A stretch of DNA of 64,000 nucleotides. Source: an uncultured Candidatus Pelagibacter sp. (GTDB lineage: Bacteria; Pseudomonadota; Alphaproteobacteria; Pelagibacterales; Pelagibacteraceae). Below are positions 21,614 to 29,219 of the stretch, in pieces. The notes below the pieces were generated by a model, which worked only from the letters and a program-made list of their open reading frames with translations, did not search any database and was not told the DNA's origin. Where the stretch lies: NCBI GenBank assembly GCA_964465855.1, contig CAYXLK010000001.1:3600-67599 (forward strand), written 5' to 3'. Within the stretch, counting starts at the first letter, position 1. Each line of letters opens with the position of its first letter. The position numbers and the translations under genes are program-made.

Positions 21614-21615
21614 AT

Positions 21616-21831
21616 TTGGCAAAACAAGATACTTTAACTTTCGATGGAATAGTAAAAGACTTATTACCCAACGCTATGTTTAGAGTAGAGCTTTCTAATG
21701 GACATTTGATTACGGCACATGCTGCCGGAAAATTAAGAAAAAATCGAATAAGAGTCCTTCAAGGAGACAAAGTTACAGTTGAGATGACTCCTTATGATTT
21801 AACAAAAGGGCGAATAATATTTCGATCCTAG
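21616..21831 (+). CDS. infA: Translation initiation factor IF-1 (TTG start)
   Basis: [28 protein letters not shown]; SD AGGAG at 21602-21606. Confidence 0.97.
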   Translation: MAKQDTLTFDGIVKDLLPNAMFRVELSNGHLITAHAAGKLRKNRIRVLQGDKVTVEMTPYDLTKGRIIFRS

Positions 21832-21834
21832 AGA

Positions 21835-21909
21835 GGCCTTGTAGCTCAGTAGTAGAGCAGTACCCTGAAAAGGTATGTGTCGTAAGTGCGATTCTTACCA
21901 AGGCCACCA
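21835..21909 (+). tRNA. tRNA-Phe(GAA)
   Basis: GGCCTTG/CAAGGCC acceptor stem, GTACC-CTGAAAA-GGTAT anticodon arm, encoded CCA; atypical D and T loops. Confidence 0.93.
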
Positions 21910-21976
21910 CCCAAATTTAACAATTTAACACATTCTTAAGGCTTGCATTAAATTTCAAAATCTAATAACTAACCTC

Positions 21977-21998
21977 TTAGCTAAAGTTTAGCTAAAGT
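21977..21998. repeat. Tandem 11-bp direct repeat TTAGCTAAAGT x2 (each containing palindrome TTAGCTAA) in the csp leader
   Basis: Read directly: ttagctaaagt ttagctaaagt. Confidence 0.7.
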
Positions 21999-22021
21999 TA
22001 AATAACAAAAGAAAGAGTAAA

Positions 22022-22231
22022 ATGAGTCTAAAAGGTAAAGTAAAGTGGTTTAATGGAAAAAAAGGTTATGGTTTCATTGAACGTGAAGATAAAGAAAAAG
22101 ATGTATTCGTACATGCTTCAGCTGTAAGAGAAGCAGGTTTAAGATTTTTAAACGAAGGTGACGAACTTACATTTGAAGTTGAAGACGGAGATAAAGGTCC
22201 TTCAGCAGTTAAACTGCAAAAAACCTCTTAA
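22022..22231 (+). CDS. cspA: Cold-shock domain protein
   Basis: GKVKWFN, KGYGFI (RNP1), DVFVH (RNP2), KGPSA. Confidence 0.95.
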   Translation: MSLKGKVKWFNGKKGYGFIEREDKEKDVFVHASAVREAGLRFLNEGDELTFEVEDGDKGPSAVKLQKTS

Positions 22232-22245
22232 TTCTAATTCAAATA

Positions 22246-22295
22246 AATTGTATAGGAGTATTCTTAGTTTTAATCTAAGCTATTCCTATACAATT
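22246..22295 (+). terminator. Long stem-loop downstream of csp (terminator or stabiliser)
   Basis: AATTGTATAGGAGTA-tt-CTTAG-7 nt-CTAAG-c-TATTCCTATACAATT inverted repeat; only a weak U tract follows. Confidence 0.65.
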
Positions 22296-22300
22296 CTTCC

Positions 22301-22331
22301 TTGCATTTATATTTTTAAATGTTATTAAACT
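22301..22331 (+). promoter_or_regulatory. Candidate promoter for the His leader/tRNA-His/hisS operon
   Basis: TTGCAT at 22301; TATTAA or TAAACT at 22323-22331; predicted start site close to ATG 22336 (nearly leaderless). Confidence 0.45.
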
Positions 22332-22335
22332 TTCA

Positions 22336-22410
22336 ATGATTAAAAAGACTTACTTATTTGTATCTACACACAGACATCATTTTCATGCTGGCTGCACGCT
22401 AGCTATTTAA
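22336..22410 (+). CDS. Putative histidine leader peptide
   Basis: MIKKTYLFVSTHRHHFHAGCTLAI*: 4 His in 6 codons, directly upstream of tRNA-His-hisS-hisZ-hisG. Confidence 0.7.
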   Translation: MIKKTYLFVSTHRHHFHAGCTLAI

Positions 22411-22459
22411 TCATTTAATAAATTTAAATTTAATAACAATTAGTATAAAACAACAATAG

Positions 22460-22534
22460 GCCCTGGTGGTGAAATGGTTATCACGAAAGTTTGTGGAACT
22501 TTAGTTTTTGGTTCGATCCCAAGCCAGGGTACCA
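22460..22534 (+). tRNA. tRNA-His(GTG), G1:U72/A73 type
   Basis: GCCCTGG...CCAGGGT-A-CCA; anticodon arm AAAGT-TTGTGGA-ACTTT; T arm TTTGG-TTCGATC-CCAAG. Confidence 0.96.
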
Positions 22535-22538
22535 AAAA

Positions 22539-23936
22539 ATGAATAAAGAAAATAAATTAATTCCTGGGTTGCCCTCGGGTTTTGAAGATAGATGGAACAA
22601 AAAATTATCTCTTAAAAAAAAATTAATAAGAATAATAGAGAATAATTTTACAAAATATGGATTTGATCCATTAGAAACACCATCTTTTGAAATTAGTGAA
22701 AATATAGGATCATTTCTTGCAGATGATGATAGTAATCCTATGTCTGATGTATTTTTATTTGAAGATGGCGATAAAAATATTACACTTCGATACGATCTTT
22801 CCAGTCCACTTGCAAGATTTGTGGCGCAAAACAATCAACAACTTCCTTCAATTTACAAGCGTTACGCGATTCAAAATGTCTTTCGAAATGAAAAAGCTGG
22901 AAATGCTCGTTATAGAGAATTTACCCAAGCCGATTGTGATATTGTAGGAAATGTTAATCCCGCACAAGCAAATGCTGAACTTTGTAATTTAATCGCAAGC
23001 ACTATTTTGGCTTGTGGATTAAAAAAAGACCAGTTTGTTGTTAACATTAGTAATAGAAAAATTGTTAAAGGTTTAATTGAAGAACTAAAAATATCTGATG
23101 AAAAACAAGCAAAAGTTATGAGAGCAATAGATAAATTGGATAAACCTGGTTTTGGACTAAAAGGAGTTGAAGATTTATTAAAAAAAGCAAGAACAGATAT
23201 TAGTGGAGCAGTTACAAAAGGTGCAGATTTAAGCGATGGTGAATCTTCAGCAATTATTGACTTTTTAAAAATTAAAAATTTAAAAGAATTAAAGGACAAT
23301 TTAAAAAACCCACTGTCTCGAGAAGGAATTAAAGAATTAGAAGATTTGTTAGAGGTTGCAAGCTATGGAGATTATTTAGATCAGATTAAAACTAATTTTA
23401 CAATTGTTAGAGGACTGGCTTATTATGATGGTTTTTGTGTTGAAACAAATTTGAAATTCAAAGCAACTAACAACAAAGGCAAAGAAGTTGATATTGGGAG
23501 TATTTGTTCAGGGGGACAATATAATAAATTGATTTCAAGATTTAAAGGAATTGATATCCCAGGGACTGGAATGAGTATTGGGGTAGATCGATTATTGTTT
23601 GTAATGATGCAATTGAATCAAATAAAAGTTGATGAAAAAAAACCAGTAATTGTATGCGTGATGGATGAAAAATATTTAAAAAATTATTATGAAATCTTAA
23701 AAATATTAAGAGAAAACAATATTAATTCAGAAATATTTTTAGATAGTAAGAAAAATCTTGGAAAGCAATTAACTTATGCAAATAAAAGAGAGTGTCCAGT
23801 AGCTGTTATTTGTGGAGAGAATGAATTTAAAGAAAATACAGTTACTTTAAAAAATCTTTTAGGCATTAAAGGAGATAATAATCAAAAGACAGTTAAAAAA
23901 GAAAATTTAGTTAATGAAATCAAAAAACTTATCTAA
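22539..23936 (+). CDS. hisS: Histidyl-tRNA synthetase
   Basis: LRYDL, FRNEK...RYREFTQ.DCD, RGLAYYDG, GGQY, SIGVDR; ORF-track start 22491 lies inside the tRNA, so the real ATG is 22539. Confidence 0.96.
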   Translation: MNKENKLIPGLPSGFEDRWNKKLSLKKKLIRIIENNFTKYGFDPLETPSFEISENIGSFLADDDSNPMSDVFLFEDGDKNITLRYDLSSPLARFVAQNNQQLPSIYKRYAIQNVFRNEKAGNARYREFTQADCDIVGNVNPAQANAELCNLIASTILACGLKKDQFVVNISNRKIVKGLIEELKISDEKQAKVMRAIDKLDKPGFGLKGVEDLLKKARTDISGAVTKGADLSDGESSAIIDFLKIKNLKELKDNLKNPLSREGIKELEDLLEVASYGDYLDQIKTNFTIVRGLAYYDGFCVETNLKFKATNNKGKEVDIGSICSGGQYNKLISRFKGIDIPGTGMSIGVDRLLFVMMQLNQIKVDEKKPVIVCVMDEKYLKNYYEILKILRENNINSEIFLDSKKNLGKQLTYANKRECPVAVICGENEFKENTVTLKNLLGIKGDNNQKTVKKENLVNEIKKLI

Positions 23937-24963
23937 CAAAATCCTTAGATTAATAAAGTCTAAAGGATTTAAGAATATTGAATTAGATCCAGTATTGGAA
24001 ACAAAATATATTTTACAAAGATCAGGAGAAAATATTAGAAAATATTTATTTTCATTTTATAATTCTGATGGCAGGGAATTATGTTTAAGACCGGACCTTA
24101 CTATATCATCGCTTTTAAGATATGCACAAAATAATATAAACGCTAAAGAAAAAGTTTTTTATACAGGAAGTGCTTTTAGAAAATCATATAATAAAAAAAA
24201 CGTCGTAGTTAAACAAATAGGAATGGAAATATTTTCATCTAAAAATGAAAATAAAGATGATAAAGAAATTTTAGACACATCAATTAAAATTATAAAAAAA
24301 ATTGGTTTTAAAAAAGCAAATGTAAAAATAGGGAATTTCAAATTATTTGAGCTATTAATTAAAAAGCTTTCTATGCCTCAGCGCTGGAAGTCTAGATTAT
24401 TAAAATTTTATTGGAATGAGAAATATTTTTCAGAACTTCTGAAAAGATTACAGAGTAATTCGGATATTGATCCTATTGTAGTCGCTGGGGACAAAAAAAA
24501 TTATCTTAAGATGAAAAAAGAAAATCCTAATAAAATTATAGCAGGCAGAAGTTACCGAGAAATAATTGAAAGGTATGAAAGAAAAATAAATGATCCTAGA
24601 ACTGTTGAAACAGGAAAATATAGTGTAAAAATTATTAGAGAATTTTTAAAAATTAAATGTTCACTTAAAGATGCTCCAAAGAAATTAAATACATTTTATA
24701 AAAAATATAATTTAAATATTTCTGTTGGAAAAGATTTTTTTCCAATTTCTAATCTTAAACAGAAAGGTATAAATTTTGAATTTTCAACAAGCAATGGAAG
24801 AGGCAAAGATGTGGAATATTATAGTTCATTTATTTTTTCAATTGAAGTGAGATTTAAAAATTCAATTAAAACTCTGGTGGCCGGCGGTAGATATAATGAT
24901 TTAACATCGAAAATCCTTGGATTAAAAAAAATACCCGCAGTAGGAGCTGCAATAAATTTATGA
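23914..24963 (+). CDS. hisZ: ATP phosphoribosyltransferase regulatory subunit
   Basis: LCLRPDLT, EYYS, GGRYNDL, IPAVGAA; between hisS and short hisG. Confidence 0.92.
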   Translation: MKSKNLSNKILRLIKSKGFKNIELDPVLETKYILQRSGENIRKYLFSFYNSDGRELCLRPDLTISSLLRYAQNNINAKEKVFYTGSAFRKSYNKKNVVVKQIGMEIFSSKNENKDDKEILDTSIKIIKKIGFKKANVKIGNFKLFELLIKKLSMPQRWKSRLLKFYWNEKYFSELLKRLQSNSDIDPIVVAGDKKNYLKMKKENPNKIIAGRSYREIIERYERKINDPRTVETGKYSVKIIREFLKIKCSLKDAPKKLNTFYKKYNLNISVGKDFFPISNLKQKGINFEFSTSNGRGKDVEYYSSFIFSIEVRFKNSIKTLVAGGRYNDLTSKILGLKKIPAVGAAINL

Positions 24964-25640
24964 GTAAAGAAATAATAAATATAGGCATTGTCTCAAAGGG
25001 TCGTCTAAAAAAAGAGTCTGAAAAAATTTTTAAGAAAAAAAAATTAAAAATTTATTATAATAAACGTGAATTATTAGGAAAAATTAAAGATAGACCAAAT
25101 ATTAGAGTTTTATTTTTACATGCAAGAGAAATTATAGAGCAAATTGCTATTGGAAAACTTGATATAGGAATAAGTGGATTTGACTTATTAAAAGAGTCAG
25201 AAATAAACATTCAAAAAAATATTAAAGTTGAAAAAAAACTAAATTTTGGTTTTGCAAACTTGATATTAGCTGTAAGAGAAGAGTTTATTGATGTTTTTAC
25301 AACATTAGATTTAGATGAAGTTGCAGATGAATTTAGAAAAAAGAACAAAAGATTAATTAGAATTGGTTCAAAATACCCAAATCTTACTCGTCAATATCTA
25401 TATTCACGAGGCGTAACTAACTTTTCTATAGTAAAATCTAGGGGGGCAACCGAGTCGATGGCAGCTATTTCAACTGCTGAACTAATTTCTGATATAACTT
25501 CAAGCGGCCAAACTTTAAAAGCTAACAAACTTCGTATATTAAGTGATGGTGAAATTTTAAAATCACAAGCTTGCTTAATGAGTTCTAAGTTGTCCAAAAA
25601 TAAAAAGGGTTTAAAAAAATTAATAAAAAATCTTATCTAA
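24960..25640 (+). CDS. hisG: ATP phosphoribosyltransferase, short form
   Basis: SKGRL, DIGISGFDLL, SKYP, GATE, DITSSGQTLKANKL. Confidence 0.95.
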   Translation: MSKEIINIGIVSKGRLKKESEKIFKKKKLKIYYNKRELLGKIKDRPNIRVLFLHAREIIEQIAIGKLDIGISGFDLLKESEINIQKNIKVEKKLNFGFANLILAVREEFIDVFTTLDLDEVADEFRKKNKRLIRIGSKYPNLTRQYLYSRGVTNFSIVKSRGATESMAAISTAELISDITSSGQTLKANKLRILSDGEILKSQACLMSSKLSKNKKGLKKLIKNLI

Positions 25641-25711
25641 CTTTGAACCCCTAAGCATGTAATGTTTTTTAATTTTTTTTTAACCATAATTATCTTAAAT
25701 ATACGTAAACA

Positions 25712-25789
25712 AGGATATTCGTTTTGTATTTTTTTTCAACAATCATAATATAGATTGATTTATGAATATTTGCGAATATCCTACGAATC
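25712..25789 (+). promoter_or_regulatory. rmuC promoter with GAAT repeats (LexA-like) and a 10-bp inverted repeat
   Basis: TTGATT (25755)-16 nt-TATCCT (25777); GAAT at 25764, 25774 and 25785; AGGATATTCG (25712) is the reverse complement of CGAATATCCT (25773). Confidence 0.45.
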
Positions 25790-26884
25790 ATGGACAGTTT
25801 GTTAATAATATTAGTTGGTGTTTTAATAGGTATTAGCCTAGTTATTTTATACTTTCAGCTCAAGGCTAAACCTAAGCAAGAAGACAACCCTACTGAAAAA
25901 ATCCAGCAAGAAATAAATAATTTAAAAGACTCATTTAATCAGTCATTCGGATCTATGTCCAAAGATATTGCTAGAGATTTTAGTGCTTCTTTTGGAACAA
26001 TGACTAAAGAAATTGCCAAAGACATGTCAGGTGCCTTAACTAAAGTTGATGAAAAAGTTCTAAACTTTAATCAACAGGTTGAGATTTTAAATAAAAGCCA
26101 GGAGGGTATTACTAAAATTTTAGCTGGTGTTAAAAAATATGGAACCTTGGCCGAGTTTAGTTTGGCATCTTTATTAAAAGATTTATTACCTTCCTCTCAA
26201 TTCATTTCAAATGTTAAGATGAAAGAGGATACATCTGAAAATGTAGAATTTGCAATCAAGCTTCAGGGAGACGTATTGGTTCCGGTAGATAGTCATTTTC
26301 CAGTAGAAAGATTTAAAGCAATAGATGATGCCCATCAAGCAGATGATAAAAAAGCAATGGCAGATGCTAGAACAAAATTAGCTAGAGCTTTTAAAGATAA
26401 AGCTAAAAGTGTGAATGAAAAATATATCGTTCCACCAAAAACTACAGATTTTGGAATAGTGTATGCACCAACTGAGAGTTTATATAAAGAATTAACAGAC
26501 TACCAAGATCCTAGTACTAAAGAATTATTAACCCAAGAATTAATGAAAAAATATAAAATAGTAATCATGGGCCCAAATACTCTTTCAGCTTATTTACAAT
26601 CCTTGCATATGGGTTTTCAGTCATTAAAAGTTCAAAAAGGTGCAACAGAAATTTATAATCACTTAAAAACAATCAGCACAAGGTTTGCAAAACATTTTGA
26701 TAATGTAATTGTACTTAGAAAAAAATTAGAAGAAGCAATGAAAGTTGTGGATACATTTGGCACAGATGCTAGATCCATTACCAGAACTTTAGAAAGTATA
26801 AAAGATCCCGAGCAAGTTGAAATAGCTGCCAAAACAGAAAACGTAGAAAAATTTGTTGACCATTCTAAACAGCTTAAAAATTAA
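25790..26884 (+). CDS. rmuC: DNA recombination protein RmuC
   Basis: N-terminal TM plus coiled coil; G.LAE..L, VEFAIKL, VPVDSHFP, KYIVPPKTTDF, PTESLY, GPNTL. Confidence 0.9.
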   Translation: MDSLLIILVGVLIGISLVILYFQLKAKPKQEDNPTEKIQQEINNLKDSFNQSFGSMSKDIARDFSASFGTMTKEIAKDMSGALTKVDEKVLNFNQQVEILNKSQEGITKILAGVKKYGTLAEFSLASLLKDLLPSSQFISNVKMKEDTSENVEFAIKLQGDVLVPVDSHFPVERFKAIDDAHQADDKKAMADARTKLARAFKDKAKSVNEKYIVPPKTTDFGIVYAPTESLYKELTDYQDPSTKELLTQELMKKYKIVIMGPNTLSAYLQSLHMGFQSLKVQKGATEIYNHLKTISTRFAKHFDNVIVLRKKLEEAMKVVDTFGTDARSITRTLESIKDPEQVEIAAKTENVEKFVDHSKQLKN

Positions 26885-26921
26885 TTTTATTTTCAATCCA
26901 AATACTTTTATAAACAACTGT

Positions 26922-27605
26922 ATGGAATGGAATAATAAATTTACTTATCCTAAATCTACGCGATCAATCATCAATGGATCTAGACATTATGCATTAGACG
27001 GATCTAATTTGCCTAGCGTTACAACTATACTCAAGGCAACTCAAAGCGAAGAGGATAAAGCAGGTATTGCTGCCTGGAAGCAAAGAGTAGGTCATAAAGA
27101 AGCTGAAAGAATAAAAAATGAAGCTTCGAGTAGAGGTAGCTCTATGCACTCTTTTATTGAGCAGTTTCTTTTAGGAAAAATGAATCTAGATTTATTAGAG
27201 GAAGAAAATCAATCTAAAAGAATGGCGGAAGAAATTATTGATAATGGTTTAAAAGGCAAACTAAATGAAGTTTGGGGTGCAGAAGCAACAGTGTATTATC
27301 CGAGCAAATACGCAGGCACTGCAGATTGTATTGGAGTTTACGAGAGCAGGGAAACCATTATAGATTTTAAACAAAGCAACAAACCAAAAAAGGAACAATA
27401 TATTGAGGATTATTTTCTACAGCTTGGGGCGTATTCTTTAGCACATAATACAGTTTATAATTCTAATATTACCCAAGGAATCATTCTTTTGTGTACTGTA
27501 GATAGATTGTTTCAAGATTTTAAAATTGAAGGTAATGAATTAATTAATTTTCAAAATAAGTTTCTTGAAAGGGTTGAACAATTTTATCATCAAATAAATA
27601 AATAG
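26922..27605 (+). CDS. Stand-alone PD-(D/E)XK RecB-type exonuclease (MGME1/phage exonuclease-like)
   Basis: PSVTTIL, RGSSMH..IE, E-x-x-V, YAGTADC, IIDFKQS, QLGAY; ATG at 26922. Confidence 0.85.
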   Translation: MEWNNKFTYPKSTRSIINGSRHYALDGSNLPSVTTILKATQSEEDKAGIAAWKQRVGHKEAERIKNEASSRGSSMHSFIEQFLLGKMNLDLLEEENQSKRMAEEIIDNGLKGKLNEVWGAEATVYYPSKYAGTADCIGVYESRETIIDFKQSNKPKKEQYIEDYFLQLGAYSLAHNTVYNSNITQGIILLCTVDRLFQDFKIEGNELINFQNKFLERVEQFYHQINK

Positions 27606-27722
27606 GTTTGACTTTAGAGAAAATATATATAATTAGTAAATTAATTAACTTTGCTACTTGTTTAGATGCATGTTTATTCTTCAAACTTTCATCACAATCA
27701 GCAAAAATAAAAAGGATAGAAA

Positions 27723-29153
27723 TTGAATTTAGTAATCTGGGATATAGAATCATCAAATGCTAATACCGATTTCGGTAGCATAATCGAGATTGGCGGTATT
27801 TTAGTTGATGAAAATTTAAAAGAAAAAGATCGATTTAATTTAAGATGTAGATTGCCTGAAGGTGAAATTCCTCAATGTATGGCTTTGATAGTGAACAAGA
27901 CCGGAGTAGATATGCTAACAAAAGCTAACTTAAGTCATTACCAAATGCTAGTTGAAGTAGAAAAAATTTTCAAAAAGTGGAGCCCAGCAATATTTTTAGG
28001 TTGGTCAAATATAGGTTTTGATGATGAGATGATAAGGAAGGAATTTTTTAAAGGTATTAGATATCCCTACATAACTAATGCATCACCAAACAAGAGGCAT
28101 GATGGTTTAAATATTGCACGAGCAGCATATGCCGTCGATCCGACAGTTTTGGAGACAGAAACTAATGAAAAAGGAAATGTTGTCATGAAGCTAGAGTCAT
28201 TAGCTAGAATGAATGGATTTGAAACAAGCGGTGCCCATTCCGCATTAATAGATTCTGAGCTAGTGGTTAAAGTGTTAGGCTTAATAAAAAATAAACAGTC
28301 AGATACATGGAGCAGCTTTTTAAAAACATCAAGCAGAGTTGATACAGAAACAATATTTAAAAAGGAGAAAATAATTACGCTTAATGAATATTTTTATGGA
28401 AAATCAAGACTTTATTTATGTGCACCTCTTCATCCAAAATATTGTGTTCATCCAGTTTATCAATGGGGCCAAGCAGTAGATTTAAGAGTTGATGTGGAAC
28501 CTTTATTGAATTTATCTGTAAATGAAATTAAATCAGAATTAAAAAAATCACCTAAATTTTTAAGAACTATAAGATCTAATAAAGCACCTATTATATTAGA
28601 TGAAAGCTACGGAATGAAAGCTGAGCCATATAGCGGGATGGATAAAGAATTAATTTATAAACGTGCAAAACTAGTAAGAGAGAATGAGAAATTTTCAGAA
28701 AAGGTAATTACTGCTTTAAGAGAAATTGCAGAAGAAAAAGAACAAACAAAATCACAAGAGGATATATTAGCTGAAGAAAGCATATATCAAAAATTTACAC
28801 CCAATAAAGATACAGCCTTATTTCCAAAATGGCATTCCGCTAGTTGGAAAGATAAATTATTAATGCTTGATAAATTTGAGGATGAAAGATTGGCTGGATT
28901 TGGAAAAAAAATTATCTACCAAGAATCGCCAGAAACATTACCTAAAGAAATTTATAATGAGGTAAAAAGAGGAATAGCTAAAAGAATTTTAAGTGAAAAA
29001 AAAGAAAAATGGTGGACTTGTAAAGAGTTTTATTTTGAATGTGACAATTTGAGAGAGAAATATTCAAATGAAAATGACCATGCAAAATTAAAATTTTTAG
29101 ATGAATTAAATGAATTTGTCATGTCAATTCAAAAAAAATATGAAAATGCTTAA
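27723..29153 (+). CDS. sbcB: Exonuclease I-like DEDDh 3'-5' ssDNA exonuclease (TTG start)
   Basis: WDIES, GWSNIGFDDEMIR, KLESL...NG, AHSALID, NKAP; 476 aa matches ExoI length; AAGGA SD. Confidence 0.85.
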   Translation: MNLVIWDIESSNANTDFGSIIEIGGILVDENLKEKDRFNLRCRLPEGEIPQCMALIVNKTGVDMLTKANLSHYQMLVEVEKIFKKWSPAIFLGWSNIGFDDEMIRKEFFKGIRYPYITNASPNKRHDGLNIARAAYAVDPTVLETETNEKGNVVMKLESLARMNGFETSGAHSALIDSELVVKVLGLIKNKQSDTWSSFLKTSSRVDTETIFKKEKIITLNEYFYGKSRLYLCAPLHPKYCVHPVYQWGQAVDLRVDVEPLLNLSVNEIKSELKKSPKFLRTIRSNKAPIILDESYGMKAEPYSGMDKELIYKRAKLVRENEKFSEKVITALREIAEEKEQTKSQEDILAEESIYQKFTPNKDTALFPKWHSASWKDKLLMLDKFEDERLAGFGKKIIYQESPETLPKEIYNEVKRGIAKRILSEKKEKWWTCKEFYFECDNLREKYSNENDHAKLKFLDELNEFVMSIQKKYENA

Positions 29154-29219
29154 TGTGGATAATTTAAATATTTTAATTTTATTACTTGAAACATAATTAT
29201 CAAATTATATATAGAACCT

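Noticed and set aside
22491-22538. N-terminal extension of hisS in the ORF track
   Set aside because: It is the tRNA-His sequence; the real start is ATG 22539.
25637-25687. 16-codon minus-strand ORF MVKKKLKNITCLGVQS* after hisG
   Set aside because: Too short, no SD and no supporting motif; it could be a gene remnant but this cannot be supported.
27544-27756. 70-aa minus-strand ORF across the nuclease/ExoI spacer
   Set aside because: Overlaps both neighbours in antisense and has no recognisable motif; the spacer is better explained as promoter plus leader.
29154-29162. Perfect DnaA box TGTGGATAA upstream of trxA (another TTATCCACA at 11375 inside dapE)
   Set aside because: Isolated single boxes; roughly one is expected by chance in 64 kb at this composition, and there is no cluster indicating oriC.
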